From assembly GCA_002385625.1 (NCBI GenBank), contig DGDV01000054.1, positions 477 to 64,476 of the forward strand: 64,000 nt of DNA, given 5' to 3'. The stretch comes from Firmicutes bacterium UBA3943. Its GTDB lineage: Bacteria > Bacillota > UBA4882 > UBA10575 > UBA3943. Position 1 is the first letter of the stretch; the number at the start of each line of letters is the position of its first letter. Made by a program: the position numbers and the translations under genes. Shown piece by piece: positions 48,066 to 55,726 of this stretch. A model generated the notes under the pieces. That model searched no databases. It saw only the letters and a list, made by a program, of their open reading frames with translations, and had not been told where the DNA came from.

Positions 48066-48499
48066 TAGAACATCCTATTGAGGGTTTAATGAAGACAACA
48101 ATGGAGAGCTTGAAAGAGATGGTGAACGTTAACACCATTCTGGGGGATCCGGTGGAAACACCGGACGGTAGTGTGATTGTTCCGGTTTCCCGTGTGACTT
48201 TTGGTTTTGCCGCCGGGGGCAGTGAATTTGCCGGTAATGGAATGACCGCCAAGGAGAAAAAAGTTGAGGAGGATACTGCAGGCACCATGCCCTTTGGCGG
48301 CGGCAGCGGGGCGGGGATCACCGTTAACCCAGTGGCCTTCTTGGTTGTGGGCAAGGAGCAGACCAAACTCTTGCCTGTGGACAGTAATATCCTGGTGGAC
48401 CGGATCATTGATGCTGCTCCTCAACTTTTAGATAAGATCCGGGGGACAGGAAAACCGAAGAATACTGAGGTTGTCACCACGCAGACGACGATTCAATGA
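48062..48499 (+). CDS. gerW: Spore protein GerW (YtfJ family)
   Basis: The sequence MESLKEMVNVNTILGDPVETPDGSVIVPVSRVTFGFAAGGSEF is characteristic of YtfJ/GerW. Confidence 0.85.
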   Translation: MIEHPIEGLMKTTMESLKEMVNVNTILGDPVETPDGSVIVPVSRVTFGFAAGGSEFAGNGMTAKEKKVEEDTAGTMPFGGGSGAGITVNPVAFLVVGKEQTKLLPVDSNILVDRIIDAAPQLLDKIRGTGKPKNTEVVTTQTTIQ

Positions 48500-48521
48500 A
48501 GACCCGGGCGGTCTTCATTTT
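48498..48521 (+). terminator. Intrinsic terminator after gerW
   Basis: GAAGACC 48498-48504 pairs with GGTCTTC 48510-48516, followed by ATTTT. Confidence 0.55.
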
Positions 48522-48549
48522 ACCTTTAGGGCAAAAGGAGGAGAAGCCA

Positions 48550-48738
48550 GTGAAAGCAGCCGTTGATCCCGGACTTTGTATCTCTTGTGGCCTTTGTGTT
48601 AGCAGTGTACCCACGGTTTTTTCCTGGGGAGATGACGATAAAGCCCAGGCTATTACGGGGGATGTCCCCCAGGCGGATGAGCATGAGACCAAAGTAGCTG
48701 CGGATAATTGTCCGACAGAGGCTATCTCTGTTGAATAA
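48550..48738 (+). CDS. Small single-cluster ferredoxin
   Basis: GTG 48550 follows AAAAGGAGGAG. The motif is CISCGLC...C(P) (CxxCxxC...CP) in 62 aa. The ORF track opens at 48496, inside the terminator. Confidence 0.75.
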   Translation: MKAAVDPGLCISCGLCVSSVPTVFSWGDDDKAQAITGDVPQADEHETKVAADNCPTEAISVE

Positions 48739-48823
48739 AACTCTGTTCGGGTGAGCGTTCTGTCCCTCTTGCCCTGCCCATAAAATAAACAAGAGTTGTA
48801 TTTGGGGTAAAGGGGGGAAGAAG

Positions 48824-49519
48824 ATGGAACAGGGTTATCTGCCGGGACAAGAACAGTTTCCGGAAGAACCGGTGGAAGAAAAACCGCTTATTACCGGTGC
48901 CGTATTGGCCCGTCAGATGTTAATCTGTCTCCTGATTATGGCAGGACTGGGTGTCGCTGGGTCTTTTTCCCGACCAACTCGTTTAGCCGGATTGACCCGG
49001 CGTTTCTATTACGCAATCCGGGCGGATCAGGCTTCTACTTTCGGTTATTTAGGAAGACAACCTGTGATCGGAGCCCTGCTTGATTGGTTTAAAGATGTTT
49101 TCCGTGCAACACTGACCCCCCAGGCCCAAGTGGGGAATTCTGCGGGGACGGAATGGTTTGTCCCTCCGGTGCCGGGGAAAATTCAACGGGGGTTTGGCTG
49201 GTACACGGAGCGAAATAGCCCGTCTTTTTATCCCGGGGTTGACCTGGCGTCATCCATGGGTAGGCCGGTCAGAGCCTCCAGGGAGGGTGTGGTGCAGGCG
49301 GTCACGCAGGAAGCTGGTGGTACCTGGCGGGTGGTCCTTGCCCATCAGGGGGGATGGCGAACTGTCTATGGTAATTGCGCCAGGGTTAATGTTTCCGTGG
49401 GGGAACGGGTCAAGACCGGGCAGGAGTTGGCCGTTGCGGGGAGAAGTGCGGCAGGGGTGCGCTGGGAAATCTGGAAGGATGGCCAACCGGTGGACCCGGC
49501 TAAATATGTGGGGCAGTAA
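48824..49519 (+). CDS. Membrane-anchored degenerate M23/LytM-domain protein (SpoIVFA-like)
   Basis: It has one TM helix and a C-terminal LytM fold. The canonical HxxxD reads YPGVD, and the HxH position reads VRWEIW. It sits immediately upstream of the S2P protease gene. Confidence 0.75.
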   Translation: MEQGYLPGQEQFPEEPVEEKPLITGAVLARQMLICLLIMAGLGVAGSFSRPTRLAGLTRRFYYAIRADQASTFGYLGRQPVIGALLDWFKDVFRATLTPQAQVGNSAGTEWFVPPVPGKIQRGFGWYTERNSPSFYPGVDLASSMGRPVRASREGVVQAVTQEAGGTWRVVLAHQGGWRTVYGNCARVNVSVGERVKTGQELAVAGRSAAGVRWEIWKDGQPVDPAKYVGQ

Positions 49520-49525
49520 GGTAGT

Positions 49526-50464
49526 TTGATGAAGATTCGCATTCATCCCTTGTTCCTGCTGTTGCTGGTCTTGGCCGGTCTGACCGGAGCAGGCCGGTTG
49601 TTCTTGTTGAACTTTATCAGCGTGGTTTTGCACGAAATGGCGCATGCCGTGGTGGCGTGGGCTTTTTCCTATCATACCTACCGGATTGAACTTTATCCCT
49701 TTGGCGGGGTGGCCCTGATGGATTCGGCGCTGATGGGGGACGGTTTGGCCGAGGCGGTCACCGCATTAGCCGGCCCTGTCCATAGCCTGCTCTTTGCGGT
49801 CTTGTCTTACTATGGCGGGAACTGGTTGGGTGGGCATACGGTCGGCTTTGAGCTTGCCCGGATCAATCTTTGGCTTGGCTTGTTCAACCTGCTCCCGTTT
49901 TATCCTTTGGACGGCGGGCGGATTCTCAGGGCCCTATTGATTCCCGTCTTGGGACTGCGGGTTGCTTCCCGCTGGACAAGTGTAGCAACAAGGTGGACGG
50001 CGGGTATTGGCTTGTTCCCCGCCGTCTTCTTACTGTGTAGCGGACGCTTGCCTTGGTCCGTCCCTTTGGTACTGGCCTTTTTGTTCTGGGCGGCACGGGA
50101 CGGCGGGGATTATCTTTACCTCCGCTGGCGGCAGGGGGAGAAACGGCGCAAAAGCCTGTTGGAGGGGCGCCGGGTGCCGGTGACGGTGCAGGCGGTGGAT
50201 GAAGGGACGCCTTTGGAAAGGATGGGGGATGCCCTGGATGGCAGGGCGTTCAAGGTGTTTTTGACCACCGACGGTGCGGGCAGGGTAAACGGATGGATTG
50301 ACGAGACCCGCATCTGGGAAGCCTTCATGACCAGCGATTACCGGCATGGCCTCACGCTGGCAAAGATCAAGTCAAGGCTGGCAAAAGAGGAGTTCCTTTT
50401 ACCGTCGTCGAAGAAGGAAAAGATCCAAGGGGAAGAGGTGACCCTTTTCCCAATCGGGAAATAA
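49526..50464 (+). CDS. spoIVFB: Site-2 metalloprotease, stage IV sporulation protein FB type
   Basis: HEMAHAV (HExxH) in a TM segment, NLLPFYPLDGGR, and a C-terminal CBS-like domain are present. Confidence 0.8.
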   Translation: MMKIRIHPLFLLLLVLAGLTGAGRLFLLNFISVVLHEMAHAVVAWAFSYHTYRIELYPFGGVALMDSALMGDGLAEAVTALAGPVHSLLFAVLSYYGGNWLGGHTVGFELARINLWLGLFNLLPFYPLDGGRILRALLIPVLGLRVASRWTSVATRWTAGIGLFPAVFLLCSGRLPWSVPLVLAFLFWAARDGGDYLYLRWRQGEKRRKSLLEGRRVPVTVQAVDEGTPLERMGDALDGRAFKVFLTTDGAGRVNGWIDETRIWEAFMTSDYRHGLTLAKIKSRLAKEEFLLPSSKKEKIQGEEVTLFPIGK

Positions 50465-50504
50465 CTTCTGGAATAGCGGTCGACGAAAGGAACGAGGTTA
50501 TAAA

Positions 50505-52358
50505 GTGATACAGATCGAAGAGATACTGGCGAGAGTGGAAAAGCCCTCCCGGTATACCGGGGGCGAATGGGGCATGGTCAAAAAAGACTGGACAAAGGCA
50601 CAGGTCCGGGTGGCTCTGGCCTTTCCCGATCTTTACGAAGTCGGCCAGTCTCATTTGGGACTCAGGCTGTTATATGATCAGATAAATCAACACCCGGACT
50701 ACCTGGCAGAACGGGTTTATGCTCCCTGGATTGATCTGGAAGATGAATTACGCAAGGCCGCAAAGCCCTTGTTTTCCCTGGAGTCCCGGCGTAGCCTGGC
50801 CGAGTTTGACCTGGTGGGTTTTACTTTACAGTATGAGTTGAGCTATACCAATATCCTGAATATGATGGATCTGGGGGGCATACCTTTAGCTGCCCGGGAG
50901 CGGGGATCGGAACATCCCCTGCTGATCGCCGGTGGCCCCGGCGCTTACAACCCGGAACCCATTGCTGAGTTCTTTGACCTCTTCTTTTTAGGCGAAGGTG
51001 AAGAGGCTATCCTGGAGATCCTGGCGGTGCTGGCCCGGGCGAAAAGGGCAGGATTGTCCAAGGCACAAGTAAAGAAGGAACTAAGTAAAATACCGGGAGT
51101 ATATGTCCCCGAGTTTTACGAGGTAAGTTACCATCAAGACGGCACTCTTGCCGGGATTCGGGCCGCGGAGGGGGTTCCTGTCCGGGTCACCAAAAGGATT
51201 GTGGCTGATCTTGAGCAATGCCCCATTCCGGAACAGCAAATAGTTCCGTTCACCGATATTGTCCATGATCGGATCATGCTGGAACTTTTCCGGGGTTGTA
51301 CCCGCGGGTGTCGCTTTTGCCAGGCGGGCATGATCTACCGGCCGGTCCGGGAACGGAGCGTGCCGACCCTGGAGAAGGCCTTGGATAAACTTTTAAAGCA
51401 GACCGGTTATGGGGAGGTTTCCCTGACTTCCCTGAGCAGTTCGGACTATTCAGAGATCCGTCAATTAGTGGCACGGTTGATGGATTGTTACAGCGCTGAA
51501 CATGTGAATATTTCCCTGCCTTCATTACGGATTGATGCTTTTCCCGCCGACCTTGCCGAACGGTTCCAGGGCGGGCGGAAGAGCAGCCTGACCTTTGCGC
51601 CGGAGGCGGGGACTGAACGGATGCGCCGTGTCATCAATAAGGGCGTAACCCGTGAAGATATGCTTTCCGCCGCCGAGGCGGCCTTCCGCGGCGGTTGGCA
51701 GAGGTTGAAGCTATACTTTATGATGGGATTGCCCACGGAGACGGATGAAGACATCATTGGCATCGCTGAACTTGCCCGGGAAGTGCTGAATTTAGGCAAA
51801 GGCATCTGGAAGCAGCGACCCCATGCGGTGCAGGTCTCTGTTAGCGTATCCGTTTTTGTCCCCAAACCCCATACGCCCTTTCAATGGCGGCCCCAGCTTA
51901 GCCTGGAAGAGGTGGAAAGACGCCAGCGACTGTTGGCGGATCACCTGAAAGGCCGGGGTTTGGAGCTGCACTGGCATGATGCGCGCACCAGTTGGTTGGA
52001 GGGGGTTTTTGCCCGGGGTGACCGGCGGTTGGCTGCTGTTGTCAAAACCGCTTGGGAGTTGGGATGCCGCTTCGACGGCTGGGCGGAGCATTTCCGCTTT
52101 GATCTTTGGTTGGAAGCCTTCCGTCGGTCCGGTCTGGAGCCTGATTTTTATGCTAACCGCCAGCGGTCCTATACGGAGATCCTGCCCTGGGATCATTTGG
52201 ATGCCGGGGTGTGTAAAGAATTTTTGCAAGATGAAGACCGTCGGGCGGAAGCAGGGCTTTTGACTCCCGACTGCCGGCAGGCGGCTTGTTCTGCCTGCGG
52301 CGTTTGCCCGGGGCTGCAAGTCCGGCCTAGCTTGGCAGGGGGTGAGGGCCGTGGTTGA
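50505..52358 (+). CDS. B12-binding-domain radical SAM protein (TIGR03960-like, function unknown)
   Basis: CTRGCRFCQAG (Cx3Cx2C) is present in a 617-aa protein. Its conserved partner gene follows it. Confidence 0.85.
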   Translation: MIQIEEILARVEKPSRYTGGEWGMVKKDWTKAQVRVALAFPDLYEVGQSHLGLRLLYDQINQHPDYLAERVYAPWIDLEDELRKAAKPLFSLESRRSLAEFDLVGFTLQYELSYTNILNMMDLGGIPLAARERGSEHPLLIAGGPGAYNPEPIAEFFDLFFLGEGEEAILEILAVLARAKRAGLSKAQVKKELSKIPGVYVPEFYEVSYHQDGTLAGIRAAEGVPVRVTKRIVADLEQCPIPEQQIVPFTDIVHDRIMLELFRGCTRGCRFCQAGMIYRPVRERSVPTLEKALDKLLKQTGYGEVSLTSLSSSDYSEIRQLVARLMDCYSAEHVNISLPSLRIDAFPADLAERFQGGRKSSLTFAPEAGTERMRRVINKGVTREDMLSAAEAAFRGGWQRLKLYFMMGLPTETDEDIIGIAELAREVLNLGKGIWKQRPHAVQVSVSVSVFVPKPHTPFQWRPQLSLEEVERRQRLLADHLKGRGLELHWHDARTSWLEGVFARGDRRLAAVVKTAWELGCRFDGWAEHFRFDLWLEAFRRSGLEPDFYANRQRSYTEILPWDHLDAGVCKEFLQDEDRRAEAGLLTPDCRQAACSACGVCPGLQVRPSLAGGEGRG

Positions 52359-53040
52359 TTACCGCTTACGCTACAGTAAACAAGGGGAACTGCGTTTTAT
52401 CTCCCATTTGGACCTGGTCCGGGGCTTTGAACGGATCCTGCGCCGGGCAGGCTTGCCCGTGGCCTATTCAGAAGGTTATAACCCCCATCCCAAGCTTGGT
52501 TTTGGCCCGGCCTTGCCGCTGGGTGTGGAAAGTGTCGCTGAGTATTTAGACATGGAGTTCACCCGGTCTGTTGACCCTGAGGAGATCATTGCTAGGCTGA
52601 ACCATGTCATGCCGCCGGGCCTTAGAGCCCTGGAGCTTGTGGAGGCCGCCCGCAAGTTGAAGCCATTGACTGCGGTAATTAACTGTGCTGTTTACCGTTA
52701 TGAGGGTTTGGCGGCGGGCCAGGATGATCCGGAGAGGATCCGGCGGGAGGTGGAACGCCTCTGGAAGCAGGATACCTTGTTGGTAACCCGCAAAGCTAAG
52801 GGCGGCGGAACAAAAAACCTCAATGTTCGGGGTTTTTTGAAGAATTGGCAATGGTTGGAGCAGCCGGGCTCAGGACCAGTCTTGTGTCTGGAAACTGTCA
52901 TCGGGAATCAAGGCACAATCCGCCCCGATGAGTTCCTGCGCTTGTTTGCCGTTCCCATCGACACCCCCCGGATTATCCGGACCGATCTTTGGGTGGATGA
53001 CGGCATAAATCGGGTTTCCCCCCTGGCATTGTGCAGGTAA
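52342..53040 (+). CDS. Radical-SAM-associated protein (DUF2344 / TIGR03936-like)
   Basis: The YRLRYSKQGELRFISHLDLVR N-terminus is typical of DUF2344. The gene overlaps the radical SAM gene by 17 nt. Confidence 0.8.
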   Translation: MRAVVDYRLRYSKQGELRFISHLDLVRGFERILRRAGLPVAYSEGYNPHPKLGFGPALPLGVESVAEYLDMEFTRSVDPEEIIARLNHVMPPGLRALELVEAARKLKPLTAVINCAVYRYEGLAAGQDDPERIRREVERLWKQDTLLVTRKAKGGGTKNLNVRGFLKNWQWLEQPGSGPVLCLETVIGNQGTIRPDEFLRLFAVPIDTPRIIRTDLWVDDGINRVSPLALCR

Positions 53041-53172
53041 GCAAAGGTGACCATGGGTTCAGGCCTGACCCAACAGCAAACTTCTTAGGTTGGGCGCGGT
53101 TCAGTTAATTAGTGGTTAAGAAACTGCAGGGTGATTACGTTGTAATGGGTTAAATTAGCCCATTTTAAGGAT

Positions 53173-54891
53173 GTGTATGGGGTGACCAAAGAGATTATTT
53201 TTAACCTCTGCCCCGGCGAAGGCCGGGTTGCCGTCTTGGAAGACGGACGGCTGGTGGAATTGATCATTGACCGTGGCGGTGAGTACCGCCAGGTGGGTAA
53301 TATTTATCGGGGAAAAGTGGAAAACGTGCTTCCCGGGATGCAAGCTGCTTTTATTGATATCGGCATGGAGAAAAATGCCTTTCTTTATATTGACGATCTA
53401 CAACTGAAGCCCCACGGTGAGGGCGGTGAGGGCAAGGCGGACGCCTCGATAAAAGACTTGCTCAAAGAGGGGCAGGATATCATTGTGCAGGTGATCAAGG
53501 AGTCCATCGGGAACAAAGGGGCGCGGGTGGTGACCCATCTTACCCTGGCCGGCCGTTATCTGGTGTTGATGCCAACCGTCGACTATGTGGGAATATCCCG
53601 GCGGATTGAGGATGAAAAGGAACGAGAACGGTTAAAGGCCTTGGCCATGGAGGTTCGGCCGGCAGGCATGGGTTTGATTGTGCGGACCGCCGCTGAAGGC
53701 ATTACGGCGGAAGAATTCCGCACTGATGTGGAGATGCTCTTGAACCTGTGGCGCAAAATCCAGAAGAAGGCCAAGAAAGGGCCGGTACCTTCCCTGCTCT
53801 ACCGGGATCACGATATTCTCTACCGGGTGTTGCGGGACCAGTTCACGGCAGAGATTGACCGGGTAGTGGTGGATGAAGCGGCGGCCTTTGAGCGTGCGCG
53901 TGAACTTATTAAGAGTTTCGCCCCTGCCTGTAAAGACAGGATTCATTTGCACACCGGCTCCACACCCGTTTTTGATGTGTACGGTATCGAAAGCCAGATA
54001 AATGAGGCCTTGCGCCGCCGGGTCTGGTTAGAGAACGGTTCATATATTGTTTTTGATCAAACAGAGGCCTTAACGGTTATTGATGTGAACACCGGCAAGT
54101 TTACCGGAACAACAAATCTCAATGAAACCGTGGTGTTGACCAATAAGATTGCCGCGCGGGAAATCGCCCGGCAAATTCGCCTGCGTAACCTGGCCGGAAT
54201 CATTATCATCGACTTTATTGACATGGAAAATGAGGGCGACCGCCAGGAGGTATTGAAGGTTTTCGAAACCGAGCTGGCTAAGGATAAGGTGAAAGCCAAC
54301 GTCCTGGGCTTTACCTCCCTCGGGTTGTTGGAGGTGACCAGGAAGAAGGTCCGTCCCAGCCTCCAGGAGCAACTGCAACAGGTCTGCCCTGAGTGTGAGG
54401 GGATGGGCCTTGTGGTTTCCCCGGAGACAATGGCGCTGCGGCTGGAAAGGCGGATCGTGGCTATGGCGGCCAATTCTTCCGCCACTGCCCTCCTGTTGGG
54501 GATCAATCCCCAAATGGCCTCGATTTTGATCGGACCCGGCGGTAGCCACCTGCAGACATTGGAGGAAGCCACCGGTAAAACCCTGTATTTAAAGGGTCAG
54601 GAGGGCTTGGGTCTGGAAGATGTACGGTTGATGGCTCAGGGTACTCCCGGAGATTTGGAACGGCTGGCCCTGCCGGTGGTGGAGGGCGACATCTGCGAGG
54701 TGATGGTGACAGATGTCCACATGAACAACCCCGCCGACGGCATCGGACGTATCGAAGGCTATGTAGTGGATATTGAAGGGGCCGGTCGGCAGGTGGGCCA
54801 ACAGGTTAGAGTCCAAATTACCAAAGCCTTTCGTACCTATGCCCGGGGTAAATTGCTGGAGTCGACAGACGGGGTGTCCGTTCCGGGCTGA
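53173..54891 (+). CDS. rng: Rne/Rng family ribonuclease (RNase G-like) with a C-terminal TRAM-like domain
   Basis: An S1 domain (GNIYRGKVENVLPGMQAAFIDIG) and a catalytic core (VIDVNTGKF, IIIDFIDM) are present. The last roughly 70 aa resemble a TRAM domain. The start is GTG 53173 or GTG 53182. Confidence 0.9.
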   Translation: MYGVTKEIIFNLCPGEGRVAVLEDGRLVELIIDRGGEYRQVGNIYRGKVENVLPGMQAAFIDIGMEKNAFLYIDDLQLKPHGEGGEGKADASIKDLLKEGQDIIVQVIKESIGNKGARVVTHLTLAGRYLVLMPTVDYVGISRRIEDEKERERLKALAMEVRPAGMGLIVRTAAEGITAEEFRTDVEMLLNLWRKIQKKAKKGPVPSLLYRDHDILYRVLRDQFTAEIDRVVVDEAAAFERARELIKSFAPACKDRIHLHTGSTPVFDVYGIESQINEALRRRVWLENGSYIVFDQTEALTVIDVNTGKFTGTTNLNETVVLTNKIAAREIARQIRLRNLAGIIIIDFIDMENEGDRQEVLKVFETELAKDKVKANVLGFTSLGLLEVTRKKVRPSLQEQLQQVCPECEGMGLVVSPETMALRLERRIVAMAANSSATALLLGINPQMASILIGPGGSHLQTLEEATGKTLYLKGQEGLGLEDVRLMAQGTPGDLERLALPVVEGDICEVMVTDVHMNNPADGIGRIEGYVVDIEGAGRQVGQQVRVQITKAFRTYARGKLLESTDGVSVPG

Positions 54892-54939
54892 AGCAGGCTT
54901 TATCTTGTAAGTCACAGCCATTACCGATTTCAGCAACCC

Positions 54940-54968
54940 TTGACTTGTCAAATCCCATCTGGTATGGT
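54940..54968 (+). promoter_or_regulatory. Candidate sigma-A promoter of the rimP-nusA-infB operon
   Basis: TTGACT (54940-54945), a 17-nt spacer ending in TGG, then TATGGT (54963-54968). Confidence 0.5.
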
Positions 54969-54991
54969 AAAATATCTCTGTACTTAAGAAA

Positions 54992-55020
54992 AGAGTGGGG
55001 CTGCCCCACTCTTTCATCTT
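54992..55020 (+). promoter_or_regulatory. Leader hairpin / putative attenuator about 20 nt after the predicted start of the nusA operon transcript
   Basis: AGAGTGGGG 54992-55000 pairs with CCCCACTCT 55004-55012 (9 bp, 3-nt loop), followed by the interrupted T-tract TTCATCTTGT. Confidence 0.45.
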
Positions 55021-55183
55021 GTATGCCTTATCTCTTGGAGGGTCGCTTCGCTTCGGAGGTGGCAAGTGTTTTCGGATCGCATAAACTGCCGGCCGGAGAC
55101 AGAAGCTAAACCTGGCAGATTATGTCTTTTTGCTTTGGGTTTGCCTGCGCTGAAAATGAAGGCGGGGGTAAGGAGGAAGGTTA

Positions 55184-55651
55184 ATGGGGCGGGTCAGTGA
55201 TGTTGTCTATGGTTTGGCCGAGGAGGTTGGCCGCCAACTTGGACTGGAGGTAGTTGAGGTTACTTTTGCCAAGGAAGGCCGGGATGCGGTGCTGCGGATT
55301 ACCATTGACAAGCCGGAGGGTATTACCTCGGATGACTGCGAGCGCTTCAGTAAGGCCATTGACGGCCTGTTGGATGAAGCCGACCCCATTGCCGGTCCTT
55401 ATCTGTTGGAGGTATCCTCGCCTGGTTTGGAACGGCCGTTGAAAAAGGCTGCCGATTTCATGAGATTTGCCGGTCAAAAAGCGGAGTTGCGCTTGAATGC
55501 AGCGTTTAAGGTAAGAAAAAGATGGCAGGGAATCCTGCGCGGTTGGGACCCGGCAGGGGAAGGCGGCGTAATCTTGGAAGTGGATGGGGCCCTGCTGACC
55601 ATACCATGGAGTTTGGTGGCAAGGGCCAAACTAATGCCTGATTGGTCATAG
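55184..55651 (+). CDS. rimP: Ribosome maturation factor RimP
   Basis: The LEVSSPGLERPL motif, 155-aa length and position upstream of nusA support the call. Confidence 0.9.
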   Translation: MGRVSDVVYGLAEEVGRQLGLEVVEVTFAKEGRDAVLRITIDKPEGITSDDCERFSKAIDGLLDEADPIAGPYLLEVSSPGLERPLKKAADFMRFAGQKAELRLNAAFKVRKRWQGILRGWDPAGEGGVILEVDGALLTIPWSLVARAKLMPDWS

Positions 55652-55726
55652 TTACTCTAATGTTCTTATTTATTGAGTTTTACTCTAAATACCAGGATTG
55701 ATTGGCGAATATGAGGGGGAAATGGA

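Noticed and set aside
55652-55688. 9-nt direct repeat TTACTCTAA (55652-55660 and 55680-55688) in the rimP-nusA spacer.
   Set aside because: It is short and AT-rich in an AT-rich spacer. It could easily be chance, and no associated structure or known motif is evident.
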